A program made the translations under genes and the position numbers. A stretch of DNA of 63,818 bases, filler included, from Collodictyon triciliatum (lineage: Eukaryota): assembly GCA_043381765.1 (NCBI GenBank). It is 26 parts of 26 records of this genome, joined end to end, with 100 filler letters (N's around TTAATTAATTAA, not from the genome) between each part and the next. Parts side by side here need not be neighbours in the genome. Positions count along the whole stretch, not along the records: positions 36,930 to 39,284 come from JBHJMP010009037.1; positions 39,385 to 41,739 come from JBHJMP010009038.1; positions 41,840 to 44,193 come from JBHJMP010009039.1; positions 44,294 to 46,647 come from JBHJMP010009040.1; positions 46,748 to 49,101 come from JBHJMP010009041.1; positions 49,202 to 51,555 come from JBHJMP010009042.1; 20 more parts are not named here. One strand, 5' to 3'. The notes below the pieces were generated by a model that saw nothing but the letters and a program-made list of their open reading frames with translations, had not been told where the DNA came from and did no database searches. Shown here one piece after another: positions 37,362 through 49,387 of the stretch. Within the stretch, counting starts at the first letter, position 1. Every line of letters begins with the position of its first letter.

Positions 37362-39109
37362 ATGGATGACGCTGGTTATATAGGGAAATGGGAGTATTTG
37401 TACGAGGCCCCCTTCACATCCTATAACCCAATCACAGTGTTTAATGAAACCCATGTCGTCTGGGTTCAACAGCCGTAAAATTTTTCTATATAAATATGTG
37501 GTCTCATAAAGAGACACTTCATATATTTTCACCCTTATCCTGCCTATTTAAAGAAAATATCTCATCTCAGGAGTCTATCATACAAGTATTTCATGTTCGA
37601 CATAGGTAAAGTGCCCTTTACATGGCAATAATAAAAATCAAACCAAAATATATAAAGAAGAATTAATGAATTAAATTAAGAAATAATTGCATTTTATGTG
37701 TAAAAATAAATTAATGAATGTCACTCTGAAATTTTTGAATTCTTTTTCAAAGAACAAAGGACTGTCTCTAGTTTCCGGACCACAGGAAAACCCCCATCAT
37801 GTATTAGCTACTCCACTCAATCATGGAAAGGAAACATTGTTAGTTCTTTATTTTTCATGCTTTTTTTGAGTTAGCCAAAGTGGATGGGTGTTATTCTCTT
37901 TTACGTACTTGTGGAGTCTTCCTACATTTGTGATGCATATTTCAATCCTAAACCTAAATCAGGTCTATGTTTACACATATTGTGTGGAAGAATCAAAAGT
38001 AGACTTTTATACGCTTGATGTGTCTATTAGTCATTGGACACAACTAGAATGCAACTTACTAGTCTGCCCAGGGAGTGGTGTAAACGCTTACTCCTTTTTT
38101 CACAATGACATATTGCATCTGTACGGAGGCTCGATAGCGCAGTATCTGCCATCCAATGGGCTTCTCTACCATTTCCTTGAAGGTAATACACATCCTGGTT
38201 GGAAATTAATTATTTATTTTATGGGTAAAAATTTAAATATACAATCGTGTATCCTAGGATCTAAGTCTTGGGTGAAAGTAAACTACAAGAACACGCACCC
38301 GGTACTTACAAAGGCATCAAACGTTTATGAATTCAAGAAGCTATATGTATCTGGAGGATACCGGACAGATAACACCCCAAATACTTTGATTTGGATTCTC
38401 GACTGTGGTAATAAATCACTCAGATTTCTCGTAAATTTGTTCCGAAAAGCGTTGACATTGAAAGTTCTGTGCACGCGAATAATTCGATTTATTTATAAAT
38501 GTTTTTTATATCATTCAGATTTATTGTCATGGTATTACGTGGATACAAAGTTTAATTTTGCAGAGTCCCACTCTTCGTTTATACATAAGAGATTGTTTTG
38601 GATTTACAACTACGAAACCAATAGCAGACCGAAATTATCATGCATGACATCTTTCTATGGACTAGAGTGTAAAAACAGATTTTATGATTCGTATTCAAAG
38701 TATTTCATACCGTGTTTAAAATTAAATGATTAGTAAAACTTAGAGTAATAAAAGTGTCAACAATCCATCTCGTACTGATTTTTTTAAAAAAATATAATAT
38801 ATCTCTAAAATTAGCCATACATGATACGCTCTATTTTTAAATATTTTTACACCACTCTTAATCTAGGGTAAGTATACTGATGAAAAAAGGGTATCCGTCG
38901 ATTTACTTAATTTTTTCAATTATACACTCTAGCGAAGTCATTGAATATCACGACGGATACCAGGACATGCACTACAGCATCCTATGATATACCACTACTA
39001 AGCCCACTGGCTAGGAAGATGACTAAAATATATGCCACTCGAGATGATTTAATTCTAGTCGGTGGCGGGGACTATATTTCATACGATGACATGTGGATAT
39101 TTAACACAG
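37362..39109 (+). CDS. Divergent Kelch-repeat beta-propeller protein, multi-exon, 3'-truncated
   Basis: LHLYGG, LYVSGG..IWILDC..SW, LILVGG..DDMWIFNT. Confidence 0.7.
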
Positions 39110-40213
39110 GTTTTGTTCGGTTGATATTAGAACAATGATTAATTCATAGATACTAATAAATACATTAAAACAAAATTCAAATTGCGAAGGCGGTTTCCTC
39201 GGCTTTGTTTTCTCTCAATAAACTGTTGAAAAGAAACCAAAAAAAAAAAACAAAAAACAAAATTCAAATTCTCACATACTTTTTNNNNNNNNNNNNNNNN
39301 NNNNNNNNNNNNNNNNNNNNNNNNNNNNTTAATTAATTAANNNNNNNNNNNNNNNNNNNNNNNNNNNNNNNNNNNNNNNNNNNNAAAGAAAAAAAGAAAA
39401 AAAGAAAAAAAGAAAAAAAGAAAAAAAGAAAAAAAGAAAAAAAGAAAAAAAGAAAAAAAGAAAAAAGAAAAAAAAGAAAAAAAAGAAAAAAAGAAAAAAA
39501 GAAAAAAAGAAAAAAAGAAAAAAAGAAAAGAAGGAAAAAAGAAAAGAAGGAAAAAAGAAAAGAAAAAAAGAAAAGAAAATGAAAAGTGAATCAAGCAAGG
39601 AACTTGTTGCAAGATAAAATTACAAGCTTCATGAGCCAAAGAAAGCGCAGGGATGGACAAGCGGACCGCATGCGATTGCATCCAGCGAGACAGACATGCC
39701 ACGTCTTGTTTCTTGATCCGCTTGAACCAAAAAGAGCTTCCGTTTGACTTTGCTGCCGTGTCCTTCCAAGAAATAATCATGAATCGTGCGGTTCGAATCC
39801 CGGACGATGCGCAGTATTTGGGTGTTTGTGGTGTCGGACGGAGGCAGCCGCAGCACTTTAGGCCGTAGCAAAGGATGTGCATCACACCGAGAAAGTGGGA
39901 TGCGGATATTTGAGCTGAGCATGAGTATTATCACCCTTTGGTATTACAGACCAACAACACCTCAAAAGATATAATAGATATGATGGTTAATGTTAGTTTA
40001 CCGGCAACTTTTTTTCTCTCCTTAGAATGTCGTACAGATATTGCATAACAGGATTGTCATTTTATTGTTGAGAGAGGCGATGAAGGCGTTTTAAAAGATG
40101 AAAAGTTTGATATGCATCCATGTTATTCTGGATGAACTAATTTTCTTTTTTTTTCTCCATTTCGTGGGAGACCCAAACAGGTGGTGATGGTGCTTTGGCA
40201 AATACCCGTTCGT

Positions 40214-40928
40214 CTATACAGCGCTTATGATGATTGTGATTAAAAGCAGGACACAGAAGGAGGCCACATCAACACGTGCCCAGAAGCGAACCCTCTTGTT
40301 GGGGTGATTCAGGTAGCAGAGACCGCCAAGACAGACGGGAGTACAGAAGATGCCGACGATAAACCTTAGGGGAAAAATGCTAAGTGCATACAGGATGAAA
40401 AGAAAAACACAGCACTTAAAAGAGGAAAAGGAAAGAAAAAAGTAACACTGAGATAGACTTTAAGGCAATCAGCAGGATGTGGTTTCAAATGATGTGGAGT
40501 TGATGGTAGTATATGAATGCACTCCGTAATTACAGTATAAGTGGAATGTTGTTGCATCCATCCACTCTCCCAGAGGAAGACGACGAGTTTGAGTGCCTAC
40601 GGACAACAACAACATGTGCAGGTTGGACCACCACATTCGCAGGCATGACAGCCTGGTTGGGTGGGATGTATCCGGGTGGGTGAACAGCATTCGGATCATT
40701 GTACGGATTATAACCAAGAGCAATTGGCTGTTGAGGCGGATACATTCCCGGTTGTTGGGGTGGATACATTCCTGGTTGTTGAGGCGGATACATTCCTGGT
40801 TGTTGAGGTGGATACATGCATTGTTGTTGGGGTGGATACATTCCCGGTTGTTGGGGTGGGTACATTCCTGGTTGTTGGGGTGGATAAGCGCCTTGTTTTA
40901 CAGGGTACGCTCCTTGCTGAGGATGCAT
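40214..40928 (-). CDS. Small Pro/Gln/Tyr-rich membrane protein: (YPPQQPGM)n N-terminus and two C-terminal hydrophobic segments, 2 exons
   Basis: 24-bp coding tandem repeat. In-frame splice IPLIL|FIVGIFCTPVCLGGLCYLNHPNKRVRFWARVDVASFCVLLLITIIISAV*. Confidence 0.8.
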
Positions 40929-42933
40929 GCTTTTCGTCCTAGGCTGGGTTGGCTATGGAGCGTGGCAAGGTGAGTTTGGGATTAATATAGGCAAGACGAG
41001 TTCTAGGTGAAGAATGGACTGGATATGCGAGTGGAGTGGCTGTGGAGATCGCCTGTTTCCTTGGGCGTCTTGTTTGGTGGGACAGGACGAGTGCGAAGGA
41101 ATGCATGGGTTAAGTCTGTGTGCTGGTGAAAGTTCTTGTTGTTTTGTGGGACTGCTGTGAGGCATTGATTGACTTTGTCCCTTATCTCTTTGGAATCCAG
41201 GTTAAATTAGCCAATTGTTCGACTCTGCAACGACGAGCGATTTGCACTGGGTTTGTTCTTAAAACATATATGGACAGTGTTCGTAAGGCTTTCTTGGGCA
41301 ACTGAAAATTTGATTTGGAAGTGGTTGTGCTTATTTTGGAGTTACACATATCCTGTGTGGAAAAAAGGTTCCATCGGCTTTGTCAAAGAACTCGATTTGC
41401 CAAAGGGAAAAAAAAGGAGGTTTCTCCATACTTCTTGCGATGGATATACCGATGGATAGTGAGCAGGGAAACCCCACAATGAAGGTGGAATATGTTAGAT
41501 AGCATGGCATCAGGCTTAACGTTTGTGGCTATGCGTGCATCCAAACCTGACGGCTGTTTGTGAAATGTGCATAAAAATGAAAATCGAATCACTAACTTGA
41601 TTTAATTTCTCTTGTAAACAAAAACAAAAAAACAAAACCAACTGCACAAATTCGACACTGCATGCATGTTTCTCTCCTTGTTTTGCTGCGTTTCACAATA
41701 AGAAAAAAAAAACAAGAGGAAACATTAAATGGCAGTCTGNNNNNNNNNNNNNNNNNNNNNNNNNNNNNNNNNNNNNNNNNNNNTTAATTAATTAANNNNN
41801 NNNNNNNNNNNNNNNNNNNNNNNNNNNNNNNNNNNNNNNTTTTTTTTTTTTTTTTTGTTTTTTGTTTTTTGTTTTTTGTTTTTTGTTTTTTGTTTTTTGT
41901 TTTTTTGTTTTTTGTTTTTTGTTTCTTTGTTTTGTTATTATTATTTCTCTTTGGCCTGTATTTGGTGAAGAGCTTGTATCATTTGGCACGAAGCTATTAT
42001 TACATTTCATTTTTATTTAATCTATAATATTAGTCTCCTTCGCCGCTTTATGCCTGAGATCAAAAGAAGGCAGCTGTTTTAAAAAAAGCTTATTGAGCAT
42101 TCTTTTTCCTTTGCCAGTTTTTTGAGTCTTCCTTTATTCTTTATATTTTACTAGAGCAAGAATTAAGCAAAACAAAAGTGCTAAGGACGTGCACCTAAGT
42201 GAAATGTGGTTTTTTTTCTTTTTGTTTTTTATTTTCACTCTTACCGATATAATGATGAATAAGGAAGAAAGGTATTCCTTCCAAAAGCATTTTTAAGTTG
42301 ATGTGTTTGTGTAATTCTTTGGAAGGTCGCATAAGAGAAAAATTGAATGGGTTTTTTAACTGAGATGAATTGGAAAAAAAAAATTGCGATACTATAATAT
42401 TGGACTAAACCTTTAATAATTCAAACGGAATTTCACTGTATTTTCAGGAATTGCACCTTTTTTTCAAAATGCAGATTCAATAAACAAAAAGCTTTTTTTT
42501 TTTTTTTTGGTCTTCCTCCAGTTTTTTTCCAGATTCTCTTCGGTGCGTGTGACAAGCATGTCACGAATTCAAAATTTAAGCTATATCCATACTTTTCGCG
42601 ACAATCAAAGATTTTTTTCTACTGGTTTGGAATATATATGAGCCGTGGTCAAATGCAGAGTAAGTTTTGTATGGAAAATGAAAGTGGTTGGGTGAAGATG
42701 TCATCGCTAGATTCTTTCGATGAAAAATTGTGCTACGTTGTGATAGCGATTTAAATGTCGAAGTCCTTGTCTTCCGATTGTTGGAGGCATCACCGCAGAG
42801 CATTGTTCTGGGCGCCCAGGCCAAGAGGCTAACTGCAACTTAATTTTGTGGGCTCACACGATCATAATAAAGCACCGAAAATACAGGGAATTATAAGAGT
42901 TGTTCAGATGAGATGTGTGTGGTAGGTGTAATG

Positions 42934-43275
42934 TTTTTTCTTTACAGTTTCAAACTAAAGTCGATTCAACTGTTCAAGGGGCAAGAAAAGTGCGCGTGGT
43001 AGAGAACAGATATGAGTAGGAGAGACTAGCGGGAAAGGCTGACGCCGGAAAGTAATCTATGACAGTGAGTGGGTCGGATGGGCGGCCGAACTGGTCGATT
43101 GGTTGCGTGGGTAGTAGTGGTGGAATATGTTGTGGGAGATAACTCATGACACGTTCCCACATCTCTCTTCGCTTGCGGTCAGAGTAACGAAGAATGCAGG
43201 CGTGTTTCAGCAAGCTGCTCAAGAGGTGGTCTTGCACGTTCGGTCGACTTATTCGAGTGAGAGAATACACGCGCA
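42934..43275 (-). mobile_element. Diverged, 5'-truncated copy of the same LINE 3' end
   Basis: SLLKHACILRYSDRKRREMWERVMSYLPQHIPPLLPTQPIDQFGRPSDPLTVIDYFP aligns to 17338-17600, with a ~30 bp internal deletion. Confidence 0.8.
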
Positions 43276-43874
43276 TCACAAGAATATAACGTTGGTATGC
43301 AAAGATATAGCACAATGTATGCTCACAAGGAAAGAAGAGAAAAAAAAAGTATATTATCCCTTTATTCGATTAAGAGAAGTAACAGTAAATTGCAAAATGA
43401 TATTTTCATCTGTTCAGAAGGACAATAGAAAGATAAAGAGCTTGAAAGCTCAGGCAGAAAAATTCGCTTCAGATGAATACTACACCGATAGGGTTTGGAC
43501 ATAGGGAGGAAAACACGTATCTTAACTATGATAATAAAGGGGCGGGAGCAAATGATAAAGCCATAACTGACTGGTCATGAGAAGGGGCGGAAAATGGTGT
43601 CTTGGAAAAACGAGGCACGACGATATATGGATAAGTATAGGCACTTGGGGCTATGATGCAACAAGAAATGCAACAGTCGATACTTTGCCTTTGTTTAAGA
43701 GAAGAATGAGGGCACCAGATAACCTCTTTAATCTTGCACAATAGTCATTTTTCGAAATATATATAACAGATTTAGACGTATCCAGCACATATCCTAGACA
43801 TAAAATGGGTTAGAGTGCTAAATCCATACAATATTTAGTAATAAGGGTAGAAGGAATCGAAGAAATGTAGAAAA

Positions 43875-44193
43875 TAAGACAAGACATTGTGGACTTCATT
43901 TCCCTACGCTTGTGCTCTGCGGCCTGCTTTGGACCCGCTGCGTGTGGCAAGTCGAGTCTCCGCCGTCGTAAGTCCATGGCTTCTGTTCGGATCGTCTGCC
44001 CCACTGCCGCTGCTCCCTTGTGCGTACGGATCCATCTCTCCGCGTTGCCTTGCCCTCGCTTTTGAGGCCTACGCGTTTTTATTCGCCCTTTTAATTAGTA
44101 TTTTTTTTTTTTTTGCTTTCACTTATAAAAAGAATAGGGGCAGACTTTGAATGAAAGAGCGCAGAAAGAAAAAAAAATAACAACAAGGGGCTT
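43875..44193 (-). repeat. Near-identical duplicate of bZIP coding exon 1 and its upstream flank (57790-58108)
   Basis: ~315 bp match with few substitutions. The ATG (44035) and splice donor are kept, but downstream bZIP exons are absent. Confidence 0.9.
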
Positions 44194-44349
44194 NNNNNNN
44201 NNNNNNNNNNNNNNNNNNNNNNNNNNNNNNNNNNNNNTTAATTAATTAANNNNNNNNNNNNNNNNNNNNNNNNNNNNNNNNNNNNNNNNNNNNATTTTTT
44301 TATTTTTTTTATTTTTTTATTTTTTTATTTTTTTTATTTTTTATTTTTT

Positions 44350-44393
<44 letters not shown>

Positions 44394-44499
44394 TTTTTTA
44401 TTTTTTTATTTTTTTATTTTTTTGTTTGTTTGTTTTTTTTGTTTTTTTGTTTGTTTCACTTCGCCTATTTCGACGTCAGCCTAACATTTTTACACAGTC

Positions 44500-44934
44500 A
44501 TGAAAGGACTTCGTCTCGTCGGCCAGCTTCAAAATGGTGCTGGGCAAGTGCAAGTTACGAAGCGAATCCACACCGTCCCGTAAGTCAATATTCTAGAAAT
44601 CTGCCCATTTGTATATAATTACTTGGACGGAAGCGAATTTGTTGACTCGGTTGTTTGTTGAATCTATTCCGTTTGACAAAGGACAGAGGCAAACAAAGAA
44701 GCAAATTGTAACTTATGAAAAGTTATTTTTCCACTTTTTATTGCCATCTCTCACAGAAGCCTTTTTTTTTTCATCGCTTTATGGTATACACATATTTTTG
44801 CTCTAGTCTGGGATCGACATATGTCTATCAAAAATCAATGCCTCGCTTGCCCATTCCCGCGTTGGACAGCACGCTGAAAAAGTACTTGGCCGTAGTTGAG
44901 CCGATCTTGACCCCAGAGCAGGTTTATCTTTTCC

Positions 44935-45028
<94 letters not shown>

Positions 45029-46596
45029 GCCTCATTGTTGCTTGTTTATTTCCCTCCAGTTTTCAGAGACGACGAGAAAAGTTCAGAGTTTTTTGAAAGA
45101 GGACGGACCAGCACTGCAAGCAGAGCTTCTTGCCCGCGATAAAGTATCTTCTTTTCCATCCCCTTACATTATAATATTGTGGCTCTATTTTTATTATGAA
45201 GTCACATATTTAATGCATATTGTAACTTTTCTTTTTCTCTGAAAACAAAATGTGATACCAACAATGAAATCAAATGTATCAGGCCAATCCCGAGTCCAGC
45301 TACATTTATCCCTTCTGGGACACTATGTACTACACATCGCGTGCGCCGCTTCCAATTAATATCAATCCGTTTCTCCAGTTTAAGGTTTGTGGGTGCATCC
45401 ATCTCCAATAATATGTTTGCCAAATATCAAGTCTGGCCGTATCACTTTTATCTTTATGAGTTGTGGGTATCTATGAGGCATACAAATTGATGCATTTTAT
45501 TTTTAATAAATTGGATATACAAGATATATAGATTGGATGCTTTTGTTGTAGGTCGACCCCAGGGCTCGTTTCAACACTCAATCACGTCGTGCTGCTACTC
45601 TAATTGCATCGTCGCTTAAATTCTACGATGCCCTCAAGAAGGAGACGTTGGAACCCGACGTTTTTCACATGGGAGAGATTGCCACAAAACCTTGGTTTAA
45701 GGCACTCGTCAACTACATTCCCAGGTTTTCTTTTAAGATAGCATCAAAGGCTCTTTGTTAATATCCAAGCTTCTTTTTCCTTTTTTTTCCTTTTTTTCCT
45801 TTCTTTTCCTTTCTTTTCCTTTCTTTTCCTTTCTTTTCCTTTCTTTTCCTTTCTTTTCCTCTCTTTTCCTCTCTTTTCCTCTCTTTTCCTCTCTTTTCCT
45901 CTCTTTTCCTCTCTTTTCTTTTGTTTCTTTTGTTTCTTTTCTTTTTTCTTTTTTCTTTTCTTCTTTTTTTCTTTTTTCTTTTTTTGAACGTCAAAATACA
46001 TTGAATCTCCATCAATAAGGAATAAAACAACGCAACGTTTGATATAGTTCGATAGCATATTATGCCGCCTATGCTGTACAATCTTATCCCTTAGATATGA
46101 GTCAGTACAACAAGCTCTTCTCCACCACAAGAATACCAAAGTAGTTGTCTCTCTTTGTCCCAAAATTTCATACCTTAGCATGACCTATCCGTTTTTCATT
46201 GAAATAATCATTGTTTTCGAAAAAAAAAAACGAAATTGATACATTTGATTTAGCCTGTAACAATTGATTTGATTGACATTAGGGTTGGGCGTGATGATAT
46301 CAAGATTCCGAGCAATCCCTCAACGTATGTATTCTATATTCTGTTTCTACCATTTTTAATTAAGTTTCCCTATGACCATTATAAAATCAGTTAGTATTTG
46401 AATACTAACACTAAACCATACAACATAAATAATTGTCTCGTGATTTATGAATTGTATGCCATCTAAGTACATGCATTTTAACAGAAACATAATTGTGATG
46501 TCAAAAAATCGCTTCTTCAAAATCGATGGCCTGGGTACTTACGGTCAATGGAAGACTGAAGCCGAGCTAGAAAGTGAAATTCTTGGGATTTTGAAG
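44500..46596 (+). CDS. CPT2: Carnitine O-palmitoyltransferase 2-like acyltransferase, 3'-truncated
   Basis: [71 protein letters not shown]. Confidence 0.9.
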
Positions 46597-47976
46597 GTTG
46601 CTACATGTCCCCGAATGTCAAATTATGTGATTGATATCCTTTTCCTTNNNNNNNNNNNNNNNNNNNNNNNNNNNNNNNNNNNNNNNNNNNNTTAATTAAT
46701 TAANNNNNNNNNNNNNNNNNNNNNNNNNNNNNNNNNNNNNNNNNNNNTGCATCATGTGTTGTTTTTGGGTGTTTTTATTGTTTGTTTTTATTGTTTGTTT
46801 TTATTGTGTGTTTTTATTGTGTGTTTTTATTGTGTGTTTTTATTGTGTGTTTTTATTGTGTGTTTTTATTGTGTGTTTTTATTGTGTGTTTTTATTGTGT
46901 GTTTTTATTGTGTGTTTTTATTGGGTGTTTTTATTGGGTGTTTTTATTGGGTGTTTTTATTGGGTGTTTTTATTGGGTGTTTTTATTGGGTGTTTTTATT
47001 GGGTGTTTTGGGTGTTTTTTTGGGTGTTTTTTTGGGTGTTTTTCTTCCTTTTTTTTCCCCCCTTTCTTATGCAAAGGTACGCAACCTCACAGAAAGTCTG
47101 CGGAGGCTTGGGTTGGACACGATCGCCCCAACGCGAAGGGCTTTGTTTACACACTTTGGATTTCGCCTCGCATGAACCGCTGGGTTGTTGCGGCGGAGTG
47201 GAACATTCTAGAATGCGATGCTTCTCGAGGAATTCCGTTTCGTGCTTTTGTTGCGGCTGCTTTTAACGGATTTTGTTTGCAGTCTGGAAATGGAAACCGT
47301 TGTCCAAATATATGTGTGAATTTCATCAAATGACTTTATTCACATGTGGAAATTAACATAATATATATTTTTTTCAGTAATATATTCTTACTTCTATAAT
47401 TGCATGTAATAATAGCTTCATTTATATGATATTTTATATCATAAATAATAAGGTATCGATGCGGTATTTTGATGCCTTAATCAGCATAGCTCGATTGCTG
47501 CCAGGCGCACATCCGGCCACGATCGAACGAGCCTTCTTTGAAAACACCAAAACCTTCCTCACACACCGTCCTTTCCGTCCTTCTTGTGGGTCGCTTGCAA
47601 CNNNNNNNNNNNNNNNNNNNNNNNNNNNNNNNNNNNNNNNNNNNNNNNNNNNNNNNNNNNNNNNNNNNNNNNNNNNNNNNNNNNNNNNNNNNNNNNNNNN
47701 NNNNNNNNNNNNNNNNNNNNNNNNNNNNNNNNNNNNNNNNNNNNNNNNNNNNNNNNNNNNNNNNNNNNNGAAAAAGAAAAAAGAAAAAAGAAAAAAGAAA
47801 AAAGAAAAAAGGAAAAAAGGAAAAGGAAAAGGAGAGGACAAAAATAAGCAAAAGTAAAATCCTTTTGCCACACGGCACTTATGTGATTTCATAAATAAAT
47901 GATTTAAAAATGAAACAATTGGTTGTAATCAAACGAAAAACAAAAACAAAGTAGCAGAAGTCAATAAAGTGAAACC

Positions 47977-49101
47977 ATGGCCACCGGACGATCGCGCTGG
48001 GATTCCCTTCCCGAGTACCTCAGAGAATATCGTTTCCCTTCCGAGGCAAAAGAGCAACTTTTAAGGGTTCAGACGCGCTACCAAAACCTGCAACCAGAGA
48101 TTCAACCATATGGTATTTTTCCAAGTTTGCATATGGTTAAAATATGTCGGCTGATACCGCCGATTCTTGTGACTTTTTCTTAATTTCCTTTATTTCTTTG
48201 TCATTTTTTGAAGTTGACTTGTGACATCAACAAGAGAATCAAATATACCAAAGCGTTTCGACGTTAACATTTTACACCTGGCTTTCTTTCCATTCCTTGT
48301 AATTCATTTACTCTGTTGGTTTTTTTTTTAAAATGTATTTGAATAGCATCATGTACCTTCCATAGAACATATCATCCAAAAAAAACATTTGTCCCATTAC
48401 CAAAGCATAGCTTTGTACACTTTGTTATATATCTTTTTAACGGTAATAATGAGATGAAAATTTATATTTGGTTGGTAAACTTTCATTTTTTTAAATGGGG
48501 TTCATTTTCTTAGTGATGAAAGGTCAATCGAAGCCCCAGAACCTGATTGCTTTAGTCGGAACTGTTCCTGTCTATAATCAAGGTTCGTGTAGTTCAATCG
48601 GCTTCTTGGATATTTTGATTTTTAAATTTGTTTCAATATTCAGTTCTGTTCATTTCGGGAAACAACAAGTGGGTATGAAATCAAAGATATGTTCAATCTC
48701 TTAAGATTTCTACCTGAATACTCTACATAGGAAAACAATATAACATACCCGTGAAGATTTATTTACCGGATATTTTCCCTCGCGCCAGTCCTATCATTTA
48801 TTTGAATCCTACCCCAGGTTTCCTTCATATTCCCATGCTTTTTCTCTCCCAAATAAATATGTTTGATTTTATGCATAAGGAAAAAAAATGTTTGATTTTA
48901 TGCATATGTTTAGTGATAAGCCATTCCGTACCTTTTTATATATATACTGTACATATCTTGTTCATTTTTAATTGATCATCCATTAAACAAACAACATATA
49001 TTGCATCATATAGACATGACATTCAACTCTGCGAACCGAATGGTCGCAGCCAACGGAGAGTTTATTTTTCCAGAATTACAAAGTTGGGGTCCCTCAAAGA
49101 A
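47977..49101 (+). CDS. UEV-domain protein, TSG101/Vps23-like, 3'-truncated
   Basis: LIALVGTVPVYNQ|GKQYNIPVKIYLPDIFPRASPIIYLNPTP|DM..VAANG..FPELQSW. Confidence 0.85.
48859..48906 (+). mobile_element. 10 bp micro-insertion (AGG-A7) with a perfect 19 bp duplication, inside an intron
   Basis: ATGTTTGATTTTATGCATA-[AGGAAAAAAA]-ATGTTTGATTTTATGCATA. Confidence 0.75.
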
Positions 49102-49387
49102 NNNNNNNNNNNNNNNNNNNNNNNNNNNNNNNNNNNNNNNNNNNNTTAATTAATTAANNNNNNNNNNNNNNNNNNNNNNNNNNNNNNNNNNNNNNNNNNN
49201 NAATAATAAATCAAATAATAAATCGAATAATAAATCGAATAATAAATCGAATAATAAATCAAATAATAAATCAAATAATAAATCAAATAATAAATCAAAT
49301 AATAAATCAAATAATAAATCAAATAATAAATCAAATAATAAATCAAATAATAAATCAAATAATAAATCAAATAATAAATCAACCGTA

